In this document: one piece after another, positions 8,934-16,838 of the stretch
Position numbering within the stretch: the first letter of the stretch is position 1
Layout of the letters: every line of letters starts with the position of its first letter
IMG/VR virus record: IMGVR_UViG_3300021961_000090
Coordinates: 1 to 63,334 of that record
Strand: one strand, 5' to 3'
Source: a virus
Taxonomy: Duplodnaviria > Caudoviricetes
DNA length: 63,334 nucleotides
Notes under the pieces: model-generated
Database searches by the model: none
The model's input: the letters and a program-made list of their open reading frames with translations, nothing else
Told to the model about the DNA's origin: nothing
Program-made: the position numbers and the translations under genes

Positions 8934-8966
8934 GAGGGCGCGACGATCTCCGGCGCCCTCTTTTTT
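8934..8966 (+). terminator. Intrinsic terminator
   Basis: GAGGGCGC...GCGCCCTC stem followed by T6. Confidence 0.7.
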
Positions 8967-8970
8967 GTCG

Positions 8971-8999
8971 TTGATGTCAATACATTGTTCCGGTACACT
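8971..8999 (+). promoter_or_regulatory. Sigma70-like rightward promoter
   Basis: TTGATG-17 bp-TACACT; spacer contains the CAATA-N3-TGTTCC motif. Confidence 0.55.
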
Positions 9000-9697
9000 C
9001 TCAATATCGAAAGCGGATACTGCCGAGTTCCCGGACACACCACCGGATGAGAGAAGCGGCAGGCGTAGCGAGTAGTGACAGCCAGGAAAGACTGGCCACT
9101 TGCATCACATCTGAATCTGTCCTACACTGTGCGCGTCACTGTGTGGGCAGCGACGAAACTGAAGCCTCAAGCTTTGGTTCTCACCCTTCGGGGACGTGCC
9201 CACACACGGAGAGCCAAGCCTTGAGGCTTTTTTCATGGGCGCTCTCCTGACCGTGCAAGAGTCTATCGGGTAAAGCATCCAAGGCTACGGCTGGAACTGA
9301 GTAACCGTAAAGCGTCATGGCGGCGGGGAAAGGGTAGATCCTATGGTACAGATGCGCTACGTTCTGGCTTGCATGTATTCCCGGACAGAAGAATCCACAG
9401 CCGGGCGCGTAGGAAGACGTGACGTAACAGTAGCTGCCTTGGATGGCGACACCAATCCGGTTCTTCAATGGGACGGTAGACGGTGGTGAGGATAGCGTTG
9501 CTCCCCAGATACGTGGTTAGGGAAAGCCGTGAGTCACACGGATAAATTCTGGGGAATAGGAATGGCCACTGACAGGCTGTTCCCCTGCGCCGGCGAAACG
9601 ACCGACCGACGACATGGAAAGGTCTTAAGGGTAGACTGCTGTCTGCCCTAGGAAGATCTTTGCCTGCTGAAGCTCACTCCCTCCCTTCAACATAACT

Positions 9698-10231
9698 ATG
9701 CTACTGACAGACTTCACAACTGACACGGACAAGTTTGATCTTGGATACGTAGACTGCTTCTACCAGAGGTTGTTCTGCCGGCGGGCGGTTGGGCGGCTGC
9801 TGGAGATTGGGATGTACAGGGGTGAGAGTATCCGGCTCTGGCGGCAGGCTTTCCCCGAGGCTGAGATATACGGCGCTGACATCCAACCTTGTCCGGCGGT
9901 TGCGAATCTGGAGCGGGTGGTGCAGCTGGTGGGGGATGCCTACACGCCAGGATTTGTGAAGGGTCTGCCGACATTTGATGTGATCATCGATGACGGTCCT
10001 CACACTTTTGCTTCTATGGCCTTCTTCCTACAACACTACCTGCCACTGTTGAATGACGGCGGCGTGATGGTGCTGGAGGATATTATCGATCCCGCTTGGA
10101 CGCCAGACCTGCTGCTGCTGATTCCTGGTGGCTACAGGGTGGAGGTGGTAGACATGCGCGGCAAACAGAAAACACCAGAACTGCTGAAGAAATGGCAGCA
10201 CGGGCTGGATGTGATCATCATCCAGAAGTAA
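9698..10231 (+). CDS. Class I SAM-dependent O-methyltransferase
   Basis: TDK, LLEIG, IYGADI, FDVIIDDGPH, GGVMVLED. Confidence 0.8.
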   Translation: MLLTDFTTDTDKFDLGYVDCFYQRLFCRRAVGRLLEIGMYRGESIRLWRQAFPEAEIYGADIQPCPAVANLERVVQLVGDAYTPGFVKGLPTFDVIIDDGPHTFASMAFFLQHYLPLLNDGGVMVLEDIIDPAWTPDLLLLIPGGYRVEVVDMRGKQKTPELLKKWQHGLDVIIIQK

Positions 10232-10265
10232 CTATCACAAATTCCCTGACGATATAAATTCACAA

Positions 10266-10294
10266 TTGGACACAATAGTCTGTTCCGGTAGGAT
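10266..10294 (+). promoter_or_regulatory. Sigma70-like promoter upstream of the GGY-NN array
   Basis: TTGGAC-17 bp-TAGGAT, about 15 nt before the first pentamer. Confidence 0.55.
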
Positions 10295-10308
10295 GTCAAC
10301 TGTCGTTC

Positions 10309-10725
10309 GGCACGGCATGTTCGGGCGTGGCGTGGTCCGGCGGGGCAGTGCCTGGCATGGTGAGTTGCGGTTGGATACGGCTGGTTGGGGTTGGGTAAGG
10401 GCTGCTGTGCAGCGTACAGATAGTTCTCTGAGCTTTCTGTGCGATGCGTAAGCGTCATCGGGCACGGCGTGGCAAGTTGCGGCGGGGCAAGCACCGGCAC
10501 GGCTAGGCAAGGGCTGCTATGCAGCGTTCAGCAGGTTGATTCAGTCTGCTGAGCGATGCGTAAGCATTATCCGGTCTGGCAAGGATTGGCAGGGCCAGGC
10601 GGGGTGTGGCACGGAGCTGCTAGGCAGCGTACAGGGGCTTGTAAAAGGCTTCTGTGCGATGCGTGAGCATCATGAGGTTCGGTTAGTCCCGGCTGGGTCT
10701 GGCAGGACTTGGCAAGGTATGGTTT
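10309..10725 (+). ncRNA. Array of GGY-NN pentamer tracts separated by conserved hairpin units (candidate guide-RNA array)
   Basis: Strict 5-nt period. Tracts: 10309-10398 (18 units), 10461-10510 (10), 10573-10612 (8), 10676-10725 (10). Three ~60-nt linkers each read GCTGC-N3-GCAGC, long stem, GATGC-GTRA-GC(A/G)T(C/T). Confidence 0.8.
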
Positions 10726-10743
10726 TTAACTAGGAGAAAGATA

Positions 10744-11358
10744 ATGTCAAAAGCAAAACAAGTCGCTGAAGTAAGTAATGGTGGTGCGGAATCCATTGAA
10801 ATTGGGTTCCCGTATGTGGCGCATGTCACGATCGAAGGCAACACAGATTTCCTTTTCCATCGCTGGAATTGCGAAGCTGTTGAAACAAAAGCAAAAGCAC
10901 CTAAAAACTCTGCATTAAAAAAGTTTGACGATATTGAGTCTTACGTTTGGCGTAATGACGCTGGTGAGCTGTGCTGTCCAGGCGAGTACTTGCGGCAATC
11001 AATCATCATGGCCTCGAAGTTTAAGCAGGATCCCCGTTCCCCCCGTAAGAGCGCGATGGATCTGACGAAGGCTGGGTTAGTCAGCCTTACTAACTTGGCC
11101 TCATTCGGCAAAACCACATGGGATTACGAAGACAAGCGCCGCGCTGTAGTCCAGCGGCAGGCTGTCAATCGCGTCCGCCCAGCCATCTCCGCAGGCTACA
11201 GGCTTGATTTTGATTTGATGGTGCTGGTGCCAGAATACATCGATAAGTTCTGGCTGCAAGATACGTTACACATGGCTGGCCGGCTGGTCGGGATAGGCGA
11301 CTTCCGCCCAACGTACGGACGATTTAATGTAGTGTCGTTTAATGTTTCTGAAAACTAA
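10744..11358 (+). CDS. Stand-alone RAMP/Cas7-like protein (candidate RNA-guided effector)
   Basis: RBS AGGAGA. Motifs in RAMP order: VTIEG.TDFLFH, CCPGEYLRQSI (cf. IPGSSLKGAL), and C-terminal Gly-rich loop GIGDFRPTYGRFNV. Confidence 0.7.
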   Translation: MSKAKQVAEVSNGGAESIEIGFPYVAHVTIEGNTDFLFHRWNCEAVETKAKAPKNSALKKFDDIESYVWRNDAGELCCPGEYLRQSIIMASKFKQDPRSPRKSAMDLTKAGLVSLTNLASFGKTTWDYEDKRRAVVQRQAVNRVRPAISAGYRLDFDLMVLVPEYIDKFWLQDTLHMAGRLVGIGDFRPTYGRFNVVSFNVSEN

Positions 11359-11362
11359 TTCT

Positions 11363-11427
11363 GGCTAGGCGAGCCGTGCTCAGGCAAGGTTTGGTTTTGT
11401 GGGGTCAGCTACGGTCAGGTATGGCAT
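11363..11427 (+). ncRNA. Fifth GGY-NN pentamer tract, downstream of the RAMP-like gene
   Basis: 13 pentamers: ggcta ggcga gccgt gctca ggcaa ggttt ggttt tgtgg ggtca gctac ggtca ggtat ggcat. Confidence 0.7.
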
Positions 11428-11455
11428 GGGTAGTTCAAAACGATTAGGAGGGCGT

Positions 11456-11653
11456 ATGGAAAATTTTTATGAAGCGCATTTACTTTTTACCGCTAGACTA
11501 GCGTTCTCCAATTCCCAGCCGTTGAGTTCTGAATTGGTGGGTCATTTACAGAAAGCGCTGGAGCGAACGCTAGAGCAGATTGCCAGAGACAATGGCTTTC
11601 TGTTTGATGCGGCCAGGGTGTGCGTCAACACGAAGGAGGAGGGGATACTGTGA
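11456..11653 (+). CDS. Hypothetical protein
   Basis: RBS AGGAGG then ATG (MENFYEAH). Confidence 0.6.
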   Translation: MENFYEAHLLFTARLAFSNSQPLSSELVGHLQKALERTLEQIARDNGFLFDAARVCVNTKEEGIL

Positions 11654-11856
11654 TTAAGTCTAAGGCCGATGCGATTGCTGACTATCTTGACGGCAGCGCC
11701 CGTAACGGGATGGATACAGAAGCGGCGCGTCTGCTGCGGTACTTTGCACAGGTTCACGCTGCTGCGTTTGACATGGTTATGTCCAGAGATGACATGGCCA
11801 GCAAGGCAGCCTACTGCGAAATGATTGATTTGATTAGGGGTAAACAGGGGGAGTGA
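11650..11856 (+). CDS. Hypothetical protein
   Basis: GGAGG RBS; GTG start overlaps the previous stop. Confidence 0.55.
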   Translation: MIKSKADAIADYLDGSARNGMDTEAARLLRYFAQVHAAAFDMVMSRDDMASKAAYCEMIDLIRGKQGE

Positions 11857-11950
11857 TGGATACATTCACCACCATCGTTTTGTTTGGCGGCATCCTCATC
11901 GGCGCGGGCTGCATCCTTGGCCTAGCGGTCGCTGCATTTATTGCATTTAC

Positions 11951-12745
11951 ATGGGAGTAAATATGCACCTAAGTTTAGACAAAATAACAATTGACGCCGG
12001 TACACAAGCCAGAGCAACACTGAAGAAGGACACCATCGCAGATTATGCGGAGGCTATGAAAGATGGGGCGCAGTTCCCGCCATGCCTGTTGTATCACGAC
12101 GGCGACAAGTACTATCTGGTTGACGGATTCCACCGTTACTTCGCAGCCAAGAAGATCAAGGCGCCTAGCATCCTTGTAACGACTGTGCCTGGCACGTTGC
12201 AGGAAGCGATAGAGAAAAGCTGGTCGGTCAATGACAAGCATGGTTTGCCCCGCACCAGAGAAGATAAGCGCAAGGCGGTGGTATCTGCGCTGGCAACGGA
12301 CGCGCATCGCGGCAAGTCTGATCGTGAGATAGCCAAGCTGTGCAGCGTCAGTCACACGTTTGTTGCTGCTGTTAAGAATGAACTAACACAGGACAAGCCG
12401 AAGGTGGATACGAATCCACCTCCTAAATCTGATGTGGATACGAATCCACCTCAAGAGCCGGACGAGTCAGCGGTATTCAAGGAAGAACTAGAAGCAACGA
12501 TTGAGTTACTGAAGTCGGAGAACGAAGCGCTGTCTGACAAGCTGGCGATCGCCGCGATGGATGCAGATGAACTCGACAAAGCCATGGCCGAATCAGTCAT
12601 CAAAGATTTGCGCGCACAGATCAGATTGTTAGAGATAGAATTAAAAGGTGTCACGGATTCCCGTGATTCTCTCTTGAGGGAAAACAACCAGCTGATGAAG
12701 CAGGTTGCGTCCCTTACCAAAAAGCTCAAGAAACTCGAACAATAA
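11951..12745 (+). CDS. ParB/Srx-domain protein with HTH and coiled coil
   Basis: FPP, LVDGFHRYFA, N.KHGLPRT.EDKR, SDREIAKLCSVSHTFV. Confidence 0.8.
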   Translation: MGVNMHLSLDKITIDAGTQARATLKKDTIADYAEAMKDGAQFPPCLLYHDGDKYYLVDGFHRYFAAKKIKAPSILVTTVPGTLQEAIEKSWSVNDKHGLPRTREDKRKAVVSALATDAHRGKSDREIAKLCSVSHTFVAAVKNELTQDKPKVDTNPPPKSDVDTNPPQEPDESAVFKEELEATIELLKSENEALSDKLAIAAMDADELDKAMAESVIKDLRAQIRLLEIELKGVTDSRDSLLRENNQLMKQVASLTKKLKKLEQ

Positions 12746-12765
12746 GCCCAAGCCGGCGGGCGTGT

Positions 12766-14280
12766 GTGCCGGAGGAGGAGGAATGTATGTCGCTTGAACT
12801 CCGTAGTTATCAGGAGGATGCTCTGACATTACTACGTCAGGGCTTTGCAGAAGGTAAGAAGTCGCAGGTGTTGGTAGCGCCTACGGGTGCTGGCAAGACT
12901 GAGATGGCCATAGCATTGATGAAGGCTGTCAAGGAGAAGGGTAACAAAGCGGCCATGATTCTTGACCGCATTGTTCTGTGCAACCAAACCAGCAAGCGGC
13001 TAGAAAAGTACGGTATCGATCACGGTGTACTGCAATCAGGACATTGGCGCTACCGCCCGTATGAAAACATCCAGGTTTGTTCTGCCCAAACGCTAGAGAA
13101 GCGCGGGGAGTTTCCCGATCTCGACCTTCTTATAATCGACGAGGCGCATCAAACGCGCAAGGCAACAGTCGATTTCATCAAAGCCAACCCGCACATCCGT
13201 GTCATAGGTCTGACTGCTACGCCATTCACCAAAGGTTTGGGCAAGGTCTATGACAACGTGGTTAGTCCTGTCACCACTAAGCATTTGGTAGGTGAGCAGC
13301 TGCTAGTACCGCTTCGTGTGTTCATCGCCAAAGAGATTGATATGTCTGGCGCGACGAAGGTTGCGGGCGAGTGGTCGCAGGCAGATGCAACTGAGCGCGG
13401 CATCAAGATCACCGGCGATGTAGTGGCAGAGTGGATTAAGAAAACTCATGAGATATTTGGTGCGCCACGCAAGACCATCGTGTTCTGTGCAGGTGTCGAT
13501 CATGGCGTAGATCTGTCACGGAAGTTTGCGGACGCAGGTTATAACTTTGTGTGCGTCAGCTACAAGGATGATGACGAGTGGAAGCGCGACATTATTGAAG
13601 ATTTCAGTCGGGCAGATACCAAAATTCATGGCCTGATTGCAACCGATATTTTGACCAAAGGATTTGATGTGCCGGACGTAATGATCGGCATATCTGCGCG
13701 GCCATTCAGCAAGAGTCTGTCATCACACATTCAGCAGATGGGTCGTGTGATGCGGGCGAATCTAAATAATCCGGCAGACAAACCATTCGCTGTCTGGCTG
13801 GATCACAGCGGCAACTATCTCAGATTCCAAGAAGATTGGGATGATGTGTTTGAGAATGGTGTGCGCAGGTTAGATGACGGCAAGGAAAAGCCAAAGCCGG
13901 AACCGTCTGAGCGCAAGAAGAAGGACAGTAAGTGTCCGGCCTGTCACGCATTGTGGGTAGTGGGTGAGGACAAGTGTATTAACTGTGGTCATGTGAGGGA
14001 AAGGGTCAATGCAGTACGCACAACTGATGGAAAGATGGAAGAACTTATTGCTGGCGTTGGAGTCAGTCGATCCTCGAAGCAGCACTTCTGGAACCAGATG
14101 GTCTGGTATCAGCGATACAAAGGATGGTCAAGCGGACGCGCGGCACACACCTACCGAGAGCAGTTCGGAGTCTGGCCGCGTGGACTAGATGACAACAAGC
14201 CTGTGATGCCGACGATGGAAACTCAGCGGCTAGTGGATAAAAAACTAAGACAGTTTCTTAAGACGATAGGACGGAGATAA
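12766..14280 (+). CDS. SF2 DEAH helicase (YejH/RadD-like)
   Basis: LRSYQ, APTGAGKT, IIDEAH, GLTATP, QQMGRVMR, C-terminal Zn ribbon; probable start is MSLELR. Confidence 0.9.
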   Translation: MPEEEECMSLELRSYQEDALTLLRQGFAEGKKSQVLVAPTGAGKTEMAIALMKAVKEKGNKAAMILDRIVLCNQTSKRLEKYGIDHGVLQSGHWRYRPYENIQVCSAQTLEKRGEFPDLDLLIIDEAHQTRKATVDFIKANPHIRVIGLTATPFTKGLGKVYDNVVSPVTTKHLVGEQLLVPLRVFIAKEIDMSGATKVAGEWSQADATERGIKITGDVVAEWIKKTHEIFGAPRKTIVFCAGVDHGVDLSRKFADAGYNFVCVSYKDDDEWKRDIIEDFSRADTKIHGLIATDILTKGFDVPDVMIGISARPFSKSLSSHIQQMGRVMRANLNNPADKPFAVWLDHSGNYLRFQEDWDDVFENGVRRLDDGKEKPKPEPSERKKKDSKCPACHALWVVGEDKCINCGHVRERVNAVRTTDGKMEELIAGVGVSRSSKQHFWNQMVWYQRYKGWSSGRAAHTYREQFGVWPRGLDDNKPVMPTMETQRLVDKKLRQFLKTIGRR

Positions 14281-14459
14281 TGGAGCGAGTGGACAGATGC
14301 CCGATCTGCAAACAGCGGAACATCACGCAGACCAGTAGCTATCACGAGAAGAACAAAGTCAAGGCGGATATGGAGTGTTCGGACTGTCGCGCTACATGGC
14401 AGAACGTCTTTACATTCAGCCACCACTACAAAATAAAGGAGGATCCGTGGACTTCATAA
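14280..14459 (+). CDS. Small Zn-ribbon protein (59 aa)
   Basis: Translated by hand: MERVDRCPICK...ECSDC; coupled to the helicase stop and primase start. Confidence 0.55.
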   Translation: MERVDRCPICKQRNITQTSSYHEKNKVKADMECSDCRATWQNVFTFSHHYKIKEDPWTS

Positions 14460-15298
14460 ACTTTTGCAAGTCGCATGGCATCCTTATCTCAGAGCATCCA
14501 CCGTTCGGACAGTGGAAGCGTTACCCAACAGAGGATCATCCTCGCAGCCGGAATGGAGCAGTGAAATATATGGGCGATCATGGGTTCGTACAGAATCACG
14601 CAACATCTACAGTGGTCAGCATATGGAAGCCTGACTCGCGTCCGTCTGATCTCCCATCAGCTAGAGAGCTGGCGATAAGACAGAAGCAGGCAGAAGAAGA
14701 TGCTCGCAAGAAGCAGCGAGATGCGGTGCGGCGGGCGGTGGACATGCTGAATCAAAGCGTGACCCAATCGCATCCATACCTTGTGAAAAAGGGGTTCCCA
14801 GACGAGCAGGCGCACGTTTGTTTTCAGGGCGGGCAGCCTATCCTTCTGATCCCCATGCGCGTGGGCGGCAGCCTGGTAGGGGTGCAGCAGATAGATGCAG
14901 AGGGTACGAAAAAGTTTTTGTACGGACAGCGGACAGCGGGCGCAACCTTTACGTTTGATAACAAGGGCGTGAATATCGTGTGCGAAGGGTATGCGACTGC
15001 GCTTTCGGTGCGGGCTGCGCTGAAGCAGTTGAAGCAGCGTTATTGTCTGCACGTTTGTTTTTCTGCGGGCAATATGGTGCGGGTTGCCGGTGGACTAGAG
15101 CGCGGGATTGTCATCGCGGACAATGATGAATCTGGCACAGGGCAACAAGCGGCGCGGGAAATAGGCTGGCCGTTCTGGCTGTCTGATCTTGTCGGGGAAG
15201 ATGCCAACGATTACCACCAGCGGCGCGGATTGTTTGCGCTATCACAAAGCCTGACTCAGTTAATGCTCGATGTCGGTGCGAGTTGGCAGCACAAATGA
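14447..15298 (+). CDS. TOPRIM-domain primase
   Basis: HPYL.KKG, VCEGYATALS, ADNDESGTG, DANDY; GTG start after AGGAGG. Confidence 0.85.
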   Translation: MDFINFCKSHGILISEHPPFGQWKRYPTEDHPRSRNGAVKYMGDHGFVQNHATSTVVSIWKPDSRPSDLPSARELAIRQKQAEEDARKKQRDAVRRAVDMLNQSVTQSHPYLVKKGFPDEQAHVCFQGGQPILLIPMRVGGSLVGVQQIDAEGTKKFLYGQRTAGATFTFDNKGVNIVCEGYATALSVRAALKQLKQRYCLHVCFSAGNMVRVAGGLERGIVIADNDESGTGQQAAREIGWPFWLSDLVGEDANDYHQRRGLFALSQSLTQLMLDVGASWQHK

Positions 15299-15701
15299 CA
15301 GCTCGCCATTGGTGAAGGGCTGGATATCTCGCAGGGACTGCATGATCTCAATGCCGAGCGCGAGGCATCTTTGCCCTTCTCCAGACCAATCAGAAACAAC
15401 CCTTACCTGACCGTCTGAATCTTCGATCAGGTGAAGGGTGAACATCATTTGGCTAGTCATTCCGCAAGCATATCATTGATAACAGAATGAAAAGTTCTTT
15501 TGAAAGCCCATTTGGTACTTTCGATCATCTCGACGATCTTTTCTGCGGGTTCATCTTCGACTTGTTCCCAAACTGAAATGTCCTCGTGGTAATCGTCTGA
15601 TCTGATAGCGTCGATGATCTCATCGTATGACCATTCGCTAGGCCAATCTGATAGCCATTCGCATAGGGCAAAGTTCTCGGCGGCTTCTGGTAGTTTCATG
15701 T

Positions 15702-16837
15702 GTCTGATCTCCTGTTGATAATTTCTTCTGCTTTTTTCTCGGCGGCGGGGCGGTTAGTGAATCTGTAAACCGCTACGGTTTCGCCGTCTTGCTTGCGCTG
15801 AGATACCGTAAACCCGCTATCGGTCTTGTAAATCAGCGCGGATTGTTCGGGCGTGTAGTACTCGGCAACGATCTTCATCATCCGTCTGATCTCCTGTTAG
15901 TTCTGGTTGAATGCTTTCTCTTGCTCTTGCTCGGTGGTAAACCACTCAACATCAACTAAGTCGATGCCTTCAGGGTCGTTTGCATATTCAATACCCCACT
16001 TGTGCGTATCGTGGGAATAGTCGTAGCACTTAAATTTGAACTCGTTCATCGTCTGATCTCCTATGCGTTTACCGTCTGATCGCCTGTTGCGCGGGCGATA
16101 GCGGCGCGGGCGGCTTCGATTTTCGGGGCGGTGTACTCGTCAACCTCGCCCAAATCGGCTTCGTCTAACAGGTCGCGCAGGGCTGCCAGCAAATCGGGCG
16201 CAGCCGCCATTAGTCGGGCGTTGGCGATTGCTTCGTATAGGTAATCGTTGGCTACACCATCATCTAGGTCGCAAACGTGGGCGATATGTTCACCCTGTGC
16301 ATCTCGAATGTATCTAACGTACTCATGCGAGTGACTGTGCGACAGTTTCCAGGGGGCGATTGAGAATTTATTCATGGGTCTGATCTCCTATCAAGCGGTG
16401 ATATTGGCGGCGCGTCTGATCGCATCGTGGGCGCGGTCTAAAATTTGCAGCGCATCCTCGGCTTGCTGCTCTCCTATAGGGTCGGTTGCCACTTCCCAAA
16501 GGGCAGCAACTTCATTTTCAGCGTATGGCAGCAGGTCGCGCAGGGCGGCATATAAGTCAAGCGCGGTAGCGTGTAGGGTCGGGGTCGGTGGGTGGTCGGG
16601 GTATAACATCGGTCTGATCTCCTATGCGCTGGCAAGGGCGCGGAATGTTTTCGGCGTGGTCTGTTCTATCTCTATCTCGTAGCCAAGTAGGTCAACGTCA
16701 CGCAGGGTCGCGCGGGTTAACGTTTTGGTTCCGGCTATGCGGGCGAATAGTTCGGATTGTTTGCAAGCGGGATAGAACACTTCGACACCATAATTTTTTT
16801 CGCAGCGGATAGTAATTTTCATAGCGTCTGATCTCCT
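15702..16837 (-). repeat. Six identical 12-bp AGGAGATCAGAC RBS cassettes
   Basis: GTCTGATCTCCT at 15702, 15884, 16051, 16378, 16612 and 16826, each 1-3 nt before an ATG on the minus strand. Confidence 0.9.
16061..16375 (-). CDS. Hypothetical phage protein, ANARLxAAAPDL family
   Basis: PW...ANARLMAAAPDLLAAL motif. Confidence 0.7.
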   Translation of the reverse strand: MNKFSIAPWKLSHSHSHEYVRYIRDAQGEHIAHVCDLDDGVANDYLYEAIANARLMAAAPDLLAALRDLLDEADLGEVDEYTAPKIEAARAAIARATGDQTVNA

Positions 16838-16838
16838 C

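Noticed and set aside
8800-9700. tRNA genes in the non-coding region
   Set aside because: No cloverleaf with a T-loop GTTCRA and acceptor stem was found by eye.
10266-10300. Self-targets of the NN series in the phage's own promoters (10266, 8717, 28780)
   Set aside because: By-eye contiguous and gapped alignments gave only scattered matches; a computational search is needed.
10309-10725. Calling the repeat region a CRISPR array
   Set aside because: There are no identical 23-47-bp repeats with unique spacers; the variable parts are themselves 5-nt periodic, and no cas1/cas2 is present.
10132-10733. ORFs 10132-10500, 10235-10510, 10266-10451 and 10536-10733
   Set aside because: They lack good RBSs and their low-complexity translations arise from the GGYNN periodicity.
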